Shown piece by piece: positions 35,095 through 43,056 of a stretch of DNA of 43,345 bases. Origin of the DNA: an uncultured bacterium. Its GTDB lineage: Bacteria > Bacteroidota > Bacteroidia > Chitinophagales > Chitinophagaceae. The notes under the pieces were generated by a model. That model saw only the letters and a program-made list of their open reading frames with translations. It did no database searches and was not told where the DNA came from. Position numbers and translations under genes: made by a program. Within the stretch, counting starts at the first letter, position 1. Each line of letters begins with the position of its first letter. The stretch spans positions 1-43,345 of the forward strand of contig CBIGXK010000001.1 of NCBI GenBank assembly GCA_966193805.1, given 5' to 3'.

Positions 35095-36816
35095 ATGACT
35101 GCTGACATTCAAAAGGCTCCAAGAACATTTTTACCCGAAGATTTCAACATTACCACCTGGGATAAATTAGAACCTTATTTTAAGGAGCTGCTCGACAGGG
35201 GCATCACCTCAAAGGCAGACCTGGAAAGATGGCTGAAAGACATCAGCGAGCTGGAAGCGGTTGTAAGTGAAGACGCCTGCTGGCGCCAGATCAATATGAC
35301 CTGCGACACTGAAAATAAAGCGCTCGAAGAGGCCTTCACATACTTTTGCATGCACATTCAGCCGCATATTCAGCCTTATGCCGATAAGCTGAACCGAAAA
35401 CTCATCGACACGCCGTTTGCAAAAGATCTCGACCAGGAAAAATATTTCACCTACCTGCGCAGCATCCGCAAAAACATTGAGTTGTTCCGCGAAGCGAATG
35501 TTCCCATTCAGGCGGAGATGAGCGTGCTCCAACAGCAGTTCGGGGTTATCTCCGGAAAAATGACGGTTACCGTTAAGGGCCAGGAATACACGCTGCAGCA
35601 GGCCGCGAAATTCCTGGAAGATCACGACCGGAAGCTGAGGGAAGAAGTTTACCGTAAGATAAACGAAAGGAGGCTCCAGGACAGGGGCGAACTCAACAAC
35701 CTCTACAATACCCTCATCGAAAAACGCGACCGCATCGCAAAAAATGCGGGTTTCGACAACTTCCGCGACTATAAGTTCAAAGAGCTGGGAAGGTTCGATT
35801 ACACCAAGGAAGATTGCTTCCAGTTTCACGAAGCGGTTAAGCAACACGTTTTGCCCCTCGTTGACATCATCTACGCCGGGAAAAGGAAAAAACTGGGTTT
35901 GGATTCGCTAAGGCCATGGGACCTGGAAGCCGAACCGCAGGGCGTTGAGCCGCTGCATCCGTTCAAAAACGGCGACGACCTCCTCAATAAAACCATTGAA
36001 TGTTTTAATGAGCTCCGTCCCTTTTTTGCCGATTGCCTGAAGAAAATGAACGAGATGAAAAGGCTCGATCTGGACTCCCGCAAGGGAAAGGCGCCCGGCG
36101 GATACAACTGTCCCCTGGCCGAAACGGGTGCGCCCTTCATCTTCATGAACGCCGCGGGCCAAACCAGCGATGTCACCACCATGGTGCACGAGGGCGGCCA
36201 TGCTGTTCATTCGTTCCTTGCCCACCCGCTGGAACTCAGCGCCTTCAAGGAATACCCTATGGAGATCGCCGAAGTGGCCAGTATGGCCATGGAGCTTTTC
36301 AGCATGGACCACTGGCAGTTTTTCTTCAGCAATAAAAATGACCTGAACAGGGCGAAATCAAAAGAATTGGAAAGAGTGATTACCATTTTCCCCTGGATCG
36401 CGACTATAGATAAGTTCCAGCATTGGGTGTACGAAAATCCCGGCCATACGGAACAGGAGAGAACGGAGAAATGGGTGGAAATACTGAACGAGTTCTCCTC
36501 TTCGGAAGTGGATTTTTCCGGATTGGATGACTACAGGAAAAGCAGTTGGCAAAGACAATTGCACCTGTTCGAGGTGCCTTTTTATTACATTGAGTATGGA
36601 ATCGCGCAGTTGGGAGCCATCGGTCTTTGGATGCAGTTCAAGAAAAACAAGGAACAGGCGCTTAACAATTACATCAATGCATTAAGCAAAGGAGGCACGA
36701 AAACGCTGCCTGAACTGTATAAAGCAGCAGGCCTCGAGTTCAATTTCTCGCCGGACCATATCCGCGACCTGATGGAGTTCGTCAAATCCGAACTGGTTGC
36801 CCTGGAGAAGGGCTGA
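35095..36816 (+). CDS. M3 family oligoendopeptidase (PepF-like)
   Basis: Zinc motif HEGGHAVH. 573 aa, with the overall M3B pattern. Confidence 0.85.
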   Translation: MTADIQKAPRTFLPEDFNITTWDKLEPYFKELLDRGITSKADLERWLKDISELEAVVSEDACWRQINMTCDTENKALEEAFTYFCMHIQPHIQPYADKLNRKLIDTPFAKDLDQEKYFTYLRSIRKNIELFREANVPIQAEMSVLQQQFGVISGKMTVTVKGQEYTLQQAAKFLEDHDRKLREEVYRKINERRLQDRGELNNLYNTLIEKRDRIAKNAGFDNFRDYKFKELGRFDYTKEDCFQFHEAVKQHVLPLVDIIYAGKRKKLGLDSLRPWDLEAEPQGVEPLHPFKNGDDLLNKTIECFNELRPFFADCLKKMNEMKRLDLDSRKGKAPGGYNCPLAETGAPFIFMNAAGQTSDVTTMVHEGGHAVHSFLAHPLELSAFKEYPMEIAEVASMAMELFSMDHWQFFFSNKNDLNRAKSKELERVITIFPWIATIDKFQHWVYENPGHTEQERTEKWVEILNEFSSSEVDFSGLDDYRKSSWQRQLHLFEVPFYYIEYGIAQLGAIGLWMQFKKNKEQALNNYINALSKGGTKTLPELYKAAGLEFNFSPDHIRDLMEFVKSELVALEKG

Positions 36817-36964
36817 GTTCCGGGACATTAAGTGAAACGTTAAATGTAAGTTTTTGACTGAAGTATATAGAAAGTGTTATTTCAGAAGTATATCTTTATG
36901 CCTGAAACCCCCCACAAAAAAATAACGTATTTAAAATAGCTACTAATCAGAGCCTTAACCAAAA

Positions 36965-36999
36965 AGTCCCGGTGTTTCCACATCGGGGCTTTGTTTTTT
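36965..36999 (+). terminator. Rho-independent terminator for the M3 peptidase gene (weaker in the opposite direction)
   Basis: A 10-bp stem, AGTCCCGGTG / CATCGGGGCT, with two G-U pairs on the plus-strand RNA and a 6-nt loop, followed by TTGTTTTTT. It is preceded by AAAAA. On the minus strand the wobbles become A-C mismatches. Confidence 0.5.
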
Positions 37000-37450
37000 A
37001 TTCAGTTGCTTTCTGACATTCACCACAAATTCCGCTAACGATCATTTGCCTTTCTGATGGCCTGAAGCCCTTTGGCAGCTTCACTTCAGGAACCGTAACC
37101 GATTCCAGGCACGTTGTTGTTGCGCACACATTGCACACGAAATGCACGTGGTTATCGTGGTGATGTCCCTCACTGCAATCATCTTTGCAGAGTGCATAAC
37201 GGATGGAGTTATCCGCAGTTGGTATCGTGTGAATGATGCCTTTTTCCATAAAGGATTGCAGTGTGCGGTACACCGTTACACGGTCAAATTTTTCACCGCT
37301 TCTTTTTTCAATATCCGCATGCGCGAGGGCGCCGCTGCTGTGCAAAAAAAGTTCAAGGATCGTTTTTCTGCTATCGGTAACACTCAGTTGGTTCTTCCTG
37401 AGTATGTCATTTATTTGTATGGTTCTATCTGTGTCGGTATGCATGATCAT
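36998..37450 (-). CDS. Fur-family metalloregulator (Fur/Zur/PerR subtype undetermined)
   Basis: Winged-helix N-domain (LSVTDSRKTILELF), the His cluster HHHDNHVHFVC and two CxxC pairs (CNVC and CGEC). I preferred the ATG at 37450 (4-nt gap to SCO2). The alternative ATG at 37486 would overlap SCO2 by 32 nt. Confidence 0.8.
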   Translation of the reverse strand: MIMHTDTDRTIQINDILRKNQLSVTDSRKTILELFLHSSGALAHADIEKRSGEKFDRVTVYRTLQSFMEKGIIHTIPTADNSIRYALCKDDCSEGHHHDNHVHFVCNVCATTTCLESVTVPEVKLPKGFRPSERQMIVSGICGECQKATE

Positions 37451-37454
37451 TCTT

Positions 37455-38108
37455 TCAATTGGTAAAGAGATTATTTGTAAATCCATGATCCGTCGCCGGT
37501 TCTTTCAGCAACGTTGCAATGTCCTCTTTGAGTTCTTTTAACTCGCCTTTTTTCAGGCCGTCATAAATCTTCTTTCTCACCCTGCCTTTTTTATCTACCA
37601 GCGCAAAAAACTGCGTGTGCAGAAATTGCTCGTCTATGTTGCCAACATTGTTTTTGGGGTCGTCAAGGAGGTAGCTCACCCTGGCCGCGTTGTACAGGCT
37701 GTCTTTCGAACCGGTCAGGAAGTACCACTTGTTGCTGTCAACCTGCATGGAATCTGAATATACCTTCAACCGGGCCACGCTGTCGGTTTCGGGATCCACG
37801 GTGTGTGACAGGATCAGGAAATTAGGATTGTCCTTGAACGCTTCATAAATGTCTTTCATGTTGGTGTTCAGGATCGGGCAAATCCCGGGGCAGGTGGTAA
37901 AAAAGTATTCCGCAACATACACCTTGCCTTCAACGTCTTGCCTGGTAACGGTTTTGCCATCCTGGTTGGTGAAATAAAACGGCTTTACCACGCTGAGTAC
38001 CTGGAACTTTTCCTGTCCGTAACCGGGTACGATCAGCCTGAGAACGAAGTAAAAAGCTACCGCCAGGCCGGTAAAAAAGACGATATAGAAGATGGACTTT
38101 TTGCTCAT
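37455..38108 (-). CDS. Second SCO1/SenC-family protein (thioredoxin fold, CxxxC)
   Basis: Contains FFFTTCPGICP, HTVDPETDS and the conserved His in FLHTQFFALVDKKG. There is an N-terminal TM anchor. I chose the ATG at 38108 because the upstream ORF extension lacks family similarity. Confidence 0.8.
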   Translation of the reverse strand: MSKKSIFYIVFFTGLAVAFYFVLRLIVPGYGQEKFQVLSVVKPFYFTNQDGKTVTRQDVEGKVYVAEYFFTTCPGICPILNTNMKDIYEAFKDNPNFLILSHTVDPETDSVARLKVYSDSMQVDSNKWYFLTGSKDSLYNAARVSYLLDDPKNNVGNIDEQFLHTQFFALVDKKGRVRKKIYDGLKKGELKELKEDIATLLKEPATDHGFTNNLFTN

Positions 38109-38113
38109 GATGG

Positions 38114-38121
38114 CAAAGGTA
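38114..38121 (-). promoter_or_regulatory. Candidate -7 promoter element (TACCTTTG on the minus strand), 5 nt upstream of the SCO2 ATG
   Basis: The plus strand reads CAAAGGTA, an exact TAnnTTTG match. Confidence 0.35.
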
Positions 38122-38149
38122 CAATGTTTCTTTCTGCGTCCGGAAATTT

Positions 38150-38166
38150 TTGCAACTTTGTTGCAA
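38150..38166. promoter_or_regulatory. Perfect 7-3-7 inverted repeat TTGCAAC-TTT-GTTGCAA; candidate operator between the divergent SCO2-fur and merC-like genes
   Basis: Read directly in the sequence. It is centred in the 88-nt divergent region, between the two candidate -7 elements. Confidence 0.3.
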
Positions 38167-38184
38167 TAGGAGCTTTTTAATCCA

Positions 38185-38192
38185 TATATTTG
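38185..38192 (+). promoter_or_regulatory. Candidate -7 promoter element TATATTTG, 4 nt upstream of the merC-like ATG
   Basis: Exact TAnnTTTG match. Confidence 0.35.
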
Positions 38193-38196
38193 CCGC

Positions 38197-38589
38197 ATGA
38201 AAGGGAGAATTAACTGGGATGCTTTGGGAATAGCCGCTTCGGTGGCTTGCGCCATTCATTGTGCCATACTTCCGCTGATGCTGGGCACATTACCGATTCT
38301 CGGTATTGAACTCATTGACAATGTGCGCTTTGAGTATTTTATGATCTTCCTGGCATTTGCCATCGGCGTCTACTCGCTGTGGCACGGCTATCGCCGTCAC
38401 CACCACAGCAAGGTGCCCGTACTGATATTCAGTGCCGGCATCATTTTCCTCGTTGCCAAGCAGGTATGGCACGAGTTCCAGTACTGGCTCCTGCCCATTG
38501 CCATTCTCATGATCGTGACTGCCCACTTTATCAATTACAAAGCCTGCCGCGTTCACAATCATGCGCATACGGACGACTGCAACCACTAA
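38197..38589 (+). CDS. MerC-domain-like small polytopic membrane protein (putative metal transporter)
   Basis: 130 aa with about four TM helices. CAIHC sits in the first helix (ASVACAIHCAILPLMLG). The tail is Cys/His-rich (CRVHNHAHTDDCNH). No other mer genes are nearby. Confidence 0.65.
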   Translation: MKGRINWDALGIAASVACAIHCAILPLMLGTLPILGIELIDNVRFEYFMIFLAFAIGVYSLWHGYRRHHHSKVPVLIFSAGIIFLVAKQVWHEFQYWLLPIAILMIVTAHFINYKACRVHNHAHTDDCNH

Positions 38590-38619
38590 AGGTTTTCCGG
38601 CATTTTGCACGGCGTTTGC

Positions 38620-38627
38620 TATTTTTG
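38620..38627 (+). promoter_or_regulatory. Candidate -7 promoter element TATTTTTG, 17 nt upstream of the nifU-like gene
   Basis: Exact TAnnTTTG match in the 55-nt gap after the merC-like gene. Confidence 0.35.
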
Positions 38628-38644
38628 CAGTTAAATAGTGAGTT

Positions 38645-39241
38645 ATGATTAAAACAGGCAACCCGGTTATCAGTATATACACCGAGATGACTCCAAATCC
38701 GGAAACAATGAAGTTTGTGGCCAACAAGCTCCTGTACCCGGGAAAGAGCATCGACCTTCCCGATGTTGAAAGCGCAAAAGCATCACCTTTGGCTACCGAG
38801 CTATTCGGCTTTCCTTTTATCCGGGCAGTATTTATTGCCAGCAACTTCGTAACGCTTACAAAAACAAATGAAACAGAATGGGCGGATGTGATCCCTTCCA
38901 TCAGGCAGTTTCTCAAAGATTACCTCGAACAGAATAAAACGGTGATCAATGAGGAGGAAGTGGCTTCGATGAAGAAAGAAAGCACCAACGCCGTGAGCGC
39001 CGATGATGATGACGTAGTAAAAAGGATCAAGGAACTCCTGGAAAACTATGTGAAGCCGGCGGTAGAAATGGACGGCGGTGCCATACAGTTCAAAAGTTAC
39101 GATGAAGGGGTTGTGAACCTGATGCTCCAGGGCTCGTGCTCCGGATGCCCATCGTCCATGATCACCCTTAAGGCAGGAATTGAAGGCATGATGAAGAGAA
39201 TGATCCCCGAAGTGAAGGAAGTAGTTGCTGAAGCTGAATAG
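38645..39241 (+). CDS. NifU/Nfu-type Fe-S cluster assembly/carrier protein (Nfu_N + NifU C-terminal domain)
   Basis: The N-terminal TPNPETMKFV pattern matches Nfu_N. The C-terminal domain has GGAIQF...LQGSCSGCPSS (CxxC). Confidence 0.85.
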   Translation: MIKTGNPVISIYTEMTPNPETMKFVANKLLYPGKSIDLPDVESAKASPLATELFGFPFIRAVFIASNFVTLTKTNETEWADVIPSIRQFLKDYLEQNKTVINEEEVASMKKESTNAVSADDDDVVKRIKELLENYVKPAVEMDGGAIQFKSYDEGVVNLMLQGSCSGCPSSMITLKAGIEGMMKRMIPEVKEVVAEAE

Positions 39242-39293
39242 TTGATTTTTCTCGTTTGTTCAGCAGGGTTAGTCACCCTCTCCATGATATTTA

Positions 39294-39341
39294 TACAGCG
39301 TTGCGCGTTGCCCTAAGGCCCGGCAGCGCTGTATTTTTTTT
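39294..39341 (+). terminator. Rho-independent terminator after the nifU-like gene
   Basis: An 11-bp stem, TACAGCGTTGC ... GCAGCGCTGTA, with one G-U pair, followed by T8 (39334-39341). Confidence 0.6.
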
Positions 39342-39441
39342 CTCTCCTGCCTAACAGTTTGCAGATCGGAACAAATATTGCTTCAAACCACCTTTACTTT
39401 CCCAAAGGATGAAAAAGGAAAGCAGAGAATAATAATTCCTG

Positions 39442-39969
39442 ATGAAGAAAATAGTGGTCATAGGCCCGGAGTCAACGGGCAAAAGTTCGCTCTGTGAACA
39501 GTTGGCCAACAGGTTTCATACTTCGTGGGTGCCCGAATATGCCCGCGAACATCTGCTCAAAGAAGGAATAAACTATAACTACGACGATCTGCTTGTCATC
39601 GCTAAAAAACAACTGGCCCTGGAAGATGAAATGGCCTACCAAACCAGCTCGGGTATGCTTTTCATCGACACCAACATGTATGTAATGAAGGTTTGGTGCG
39701 AATTCGTATTTGGAAAGTGCCACCAGTGGATACTCGATAAAATAGTGGAGCGGCGCTACGACCTTTACCTTTTATGCGACACAGATCTTGAATGGACGAA
39801 AGACGAACTCAGGGAATACCCCGACCTTATATCACGCAGAAAGCTTTTTCATATTTACAGGGACATCATGATCAACCAGCATGTTCCCTGGACCACGATA
39901 AGCGGAAGTGATGAGATGCGGACCAACATGGCCGCCCAGGCTGTCACTGGCCTGTTCACACACGCATAA
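39442..39969 (+). CDS. NadR-type ribosylnicotinamide kinase-like P-loop ATPase
   Basis: Walker A motif VVIGPESTGKSSL followed by VPEYAREHL, which resembles the kinase domain of NadR. 175 aa. Confidence 0.6.
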   Translation: MKKIVVIGPESTGKSSLCEQLANRFHTSWVPEYAREHLLKEGINYNYDDLLVIAKKQLALEDEMAYQTSSGMLFIDTNMYVMKVWCEFVFGKCHQWILDKIVERRYDLYLLCDTDLEWTKDELREYPDLISRRKLFHIYRDIMINQHVPWTTISGSDEMRTNMAAQAVTGLFTHA

Positions 39970-39984
39970 CTGTAACTTATTGCC

Positions 39985-41670
39985 GTGATAGCAATACAAA
40001 AGAATATTTTTCAAAAATATCACAGGCCGTTGTTTTACGCCGCCTGGCTGGCGGTTTTACTCATCCAGTCGCTTACCACCGAATTGTTCGACGATGAGGC
40101 TTACTATTGGGTGTATTCCCGTTTCCTCGATTGGGGCTATTATGATCATCCGCCGATGATCGCGGCGCTGATCAAAGTCGGATATGCAATTTTTCCCAAC
40201 GCGTTGGGAGTAAGAATACTTTCCGCCATCCTCACCACCGGCGCTTTGTTCCTTGCTGAATTGCTGCTGGCGAAAGAAAACGCTGTACTGTTTTATGCCA
40301 TCTGCTGCACGCTTGCCATCGCTCAAATAGGAGGAATGATGGCGGTGCCTGACAGCCCGTTGATGTTTTTTGTCGCCCTTTTCTTTTACAGTTACCATCG
40401 CTTTACACAGAAGATGAATTTCGCCAACACGGTGTTCCTCGGCATTTGCATGGCGCTGATGCTGTACACCAAATACCAGGCGGTGCTGATTATCTTATTT
40501 ACTGCTTTGTCCAACCTGGGCCTGTTCAAAAAGTACCAGAGCTATGTTGCCGCACTTATCGCAGTGCTGTTGTTCCTGCCGCATCTCAACTGGCAGGCGG
40601 CACACGATTTTCCTTCCGTGCAATTTCATCTCTTTGAAAGAAATTCCCAGGAATACAATTTCTTCAACACTATCGATTATATCGTTGGGCAGGTGCTCCT
40701 CGCCGGACCGGTAACCGGCTGGTTGCTGATGTGGGCGGCAATAAAATATAAACCGCTTTCTGAAACCGAGCGGGCACTGAAATATTCGCTCATCGGCATC
40801 TACCTGTTTTTTCTCGTCAGCACCTTAAAAGGAAAGGCTGAAGCCAACTGGACCATTCCTGCTTTTATCGGGCTGATCATCCTGAGCCATGGATACCTGT
40901 CGCAACATGAAGGGCTGAGAAGAATTTTGTATAAAACTGTTCCGTTAACATTAGTGATTGTATTTGCGGGCCGCGGCATCATGATGATCGACCTGCCACC
41001 CGCCTGGTGGATTTTTAAGGATGAGTTTCACGGCAACGCCATCAATACCGCGGAGATAAGTCAACGTTCGGCAAATTTCCCGGTAGTGTTCGTTAACAGC
41101 TACCAGAAGCCATCGAAATATTGGTTCTATTCCGGCGATACTGCCTTCTCCCTGAACACACCAAAATATCGCCGAAATAACTTCAATTTCTGGCCGGTCG
41201 AAGACAGCCTCTTCGGCCGTGAGGCTTATGTCATTGGCGATTACAAAGATTCACTGTTCACCGAACGATTTACATCACTGCGTCTCAATACGAGTGCAGG
41301 TAAAAGAGTATCCGGCTATTATTCGTTTTCGCGCGTTTTACTTTTTGATGTGGACGTTGTGCGGCGCGATTCAAATCAATTCAGCATTTCGTTCAAATCG
41401 GCGTCACCAGTAACGTATCTGCCGCTCTTTCAACAATCGCCTTACGACACCGCACAAGTGTACCTGGCGGTCTTTAGTGGAGATTCGCTCATGAAATACC
41501 ACCCGGTGAGCATGACGGTCAAAGATATCATGATGGCCGACCAGCATCACATCGTTTCCACCGACCCTCAATTGCCAAACGGAAAGTACAGGTGCAAGCT
41601 CGCGATAAGCAGTTGTGTGCCGGGGCATCCCTCATTAAATAGCACGGGCTTTACCCTTTCGGTAAAATAG
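39985..41670 (+). CDS. GT39/ArnT-like (PMT_2) membrane glycosyltransferase with a C-terminal periplasmic domain
   Basis: The first loop has DDEAYYWVYSRFLDWGYYDHPPM. About 10 or more TM helices are followed by a soluble region of about 200 aa. The start is GTG, 15 nt after the preceding gene. Confidence 0.75.
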   Translation: MIAIQKNIFQKYHRPLFYAAWLAVLLIQSLTTELFDDEAYYWVYSRFLDWGYYDHPPMIAALIKVGYAIFPNALGVRILSAILTTGALFLAELLLAKENAVLFYAICCTLAIAQIGGMMAVPDSPLMFFVALFFYSYHRFTQKMNFANTVFLGICMALMLYTKYQAVLIILFTALSNLGLFKKYQSYVAALIAVLLFLPHLNWQAAHDFPSVQFHLFERNSQEYNFFNTIDYIVGQVLLAGPVTGWLLMWAAIKYKPLSETERALKYSLIGIYLFFLVSTLKGKAEANWTIPAFIGLIILSHGYLSQHEGLRRILYKTVPLTLVIVFAGRGIMMIDLPPAWWIFKDEFHGNAINTAEISQRSANFPVVFVNSYQKPSKYWFYSGDTAFSLNTPKYRRNNFNFWPVEDSLFGREAYVIGDYKDSLFTERFTSLRLNTSAGKRVSGYYSFSRVLLFDVDVVRRDSNQFSISFKSASPVTYLPLFQQSPYDTAQVYLAVFSGDSLMKYHPVSMTVKDIMMADQHHIVSTDPQLPNGKYRCKLAISSCVPGHPSLNSTGFTLSVK

Positions 41671-42375
41671 CTACTCGAGCAACTTCTGTATGTCGGGATC
41701 GCCTTCGAGGTTATTCATATACTTCATTACCTTCTGCGACTTTATCGCAACATACCGCGACAAAGGAACTACCGTATACGTAACCGGGTTGGGAAGGCAC
41801 GAGGCGATTAATGCAGATTCTCTTTTTGTTAATTTTTTTGCGGGTTTTTTAAAATAGTGCTGCGCCGCGGCTTCAATTCCAAAAATACCTTTGCCCATTT
41901 CCGAAACGTTCATGTACATCTCCAGAATACGGCGCTTGCCCCATATTAACTCGATCATGAAAGTGAAATAAGTTTCCATGCCTTTTCGAAACCAGCTTCT
42001 GCCTTGCCACAAAAACACATTCTTGGCCACCTGTTGACTGATGGTAGATGCGCCGCGAATCCTGTTAGGCTTACGTTTGTTGTGATCCATCGCCCTGCCG
42101 ATGCTCTTCCAGTCAAACCCGCTGTGATCCGGAAAGAGTTGGTCCTCTGCTGAAATAACCGCAAGGCGCGCATAGGCAGACATGTCTTTGATATCAACAT
42201 AATCCCGTGTTAATCCGTCGCCGCCGAAAAGGCTTCCCAACTGGGTTATTGTGACAGGCGGATCCACCCATTTCAACACCAGTATGTAAATGAATTGAAG
42301 AAGAAACAGAACGAGAAGGATGCGTTTCAGCTTTCGCCACATCCTGGGTACAAGGCCTTTTGTTTTCACCGCCAT
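41671..42375 (-). CDS. mtgA: Monofunctional biosynthetic peptidoglycan transglycosylase (GT51)
   Basis: Contains ISAEDQLFPDHSGFDW, RGASTISQQVAKNVFL and an N-terminal membrane anchor. Confidence 0.9.
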   Translation of the reverse strand: MAVKTKGLVPRMWRKLKRILLVLFLLQFIYILVLKWVDPPVTITQLGSLFGGDGLTRDYVDIKDMSAYARLAVISAEDQLFPDHSGFDWKSIGRAMDHNKRKPNRIRGASTISQQVAKNVFLWQGRSWFRKGMETYFTFMIELIWGKRRILEMYMNVSEMGKGIFGIEAAAQHYFKKPAKKLTKRESALIASCLPNPVTYTVVPLSRYVAIKSQKVMKYMNNLEGDPDIQKLLE

Positions 42376-42418
42376 TAAACCTCGGCTTTGATTGCAAGAT
42401 AATTAGTTATCACTACTT

Positions 42419-43042
42419 TCAGATCAGCATGGTACCTACCAGCAATGCGATCCCGAACCCGATAAGAATTGTTCCTGAAATTTTATTGATGAGCGAAATG
42501 TTATGTATCGTTAGGCGCTTCCTGAGTTTGCCGGCCATTAAAACCTTTGCGCAGTCGGCCGCAACATTCACAATAAGACAGATTGAAAAGATGAGTATTC
42601 GTTCGTTGAAGGTGTAGCGGCTGGCAAATGCGGTGGCCGTGCCGAGCCAGAACAGAAACACGTTTGGATTAAGGGTGTTGATAAAAAATCCGGAAGTAAA
42701 AATTTTCACCATGTCGGCTCTGCTGAACTTGATAATTCCGCCATCGGGATTTTGCAGCCGTATCTTTTTAAAGAAAACATAGAACACACACATCAATATC
42801 AGGAAGCCGCTGCCAATCAGCGCCAGCAAGTGGCGGTAAGCCATAATGTTGGTGACCAGTTCGGAGAAAGCGTTGGTAACAATTATCAGGAGTATGTCGC
42901 TGAGCCATACACCGGCAACAAAACTGAAGCCGCCTTCCCTGCCGTTGTTAAGGCTTTGTTTAATAATGGTGAAGATGACAGGACCAACCGATATTACCAA
43001 TACCAGTGCCAAAGTAAATCCGCTTAATATCGCCTGCCACAT
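42419..43042 (-). CDS. LysE/RhtB family amino-acid exporter
   Basis: About 207-aa protein with around six TM helices and the N-terminal SVGPVIFTII pattern. I chose the ATG at 43042 because the ORF-track extension to 43078 would overlap the upstream gene. Confidence 0.8.
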   Translation of the reverse strand: MWQAILSGFTLALVLVISVGPVIFTIIKQSLNNGREGGFSFVAGVWLSDILLIIVTNAFSELVTNIMAYRHLLALIGSGFLILMCVFYVFFKKIRLQNPDGGIIKFSRADMVKIFTSGFFINTLNPNVFLFWLGTATAFASRYTFNERILIFSICLIVNVAADCAKVLMAGKLRKRLTIHNISLINKISGTILIGFGIALLVGTMLI

Positions 43043-43046
43043 CCTA

Positions 43047-43054
43047 CAAATGTA
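43047..43054 (-). promoter_or_regulatory. Candidate -7 promoter element (TACATTTG on the minus strand), 4 nt upstream of the LysE-family ATG
   Basis: The plus strand reads CAAATGTA, an exact TAnnTTTG match. It lies 2 nt past the stop codon of the GH3-family gene. Confidence 0.35.
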
Positions 43055-43056
43055 CC

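Noticed and set aside
36860-36893. The direct repeat GAAGTATAT occurs twice, 25 nt apart, in the AT-rich 181-nt region between the M3 peptidase and fur genes. A 13-codon micro-ORF lies at 36898..36939.
   Set aside because: The repeat is short and lies in AT-rich DNA downstream of two convergent genes. It has no associated promoter, hairpin or coding signal. The micro-ORF has no supporting context.
38197-38589. Interpreting the MerC-like gene as part of a mercury-resistance (mer) operon.
   Set aside because: No merR, merA, merP, merT or merB is present, and the neighbours are Fur-family, SCO and Nfu genes. The MerC fold is therefore more likely used for another metal, so it is reported as a hypothesis rather than as mercury resistance.
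39409-39432. A 7-codon upstream ORF (MKKESRE) and a 6-bp stem (CTTTCC/GGAAAG) ahead of the NadR-like kinase gene; considered as a possible leader peptide or NAD riboswitch.
   Set aside because: It does not resemble any riboswitch class I can recall. The stem is weak with a 14-nt loop, and the uORF is too short and unremarkable to support a claim.
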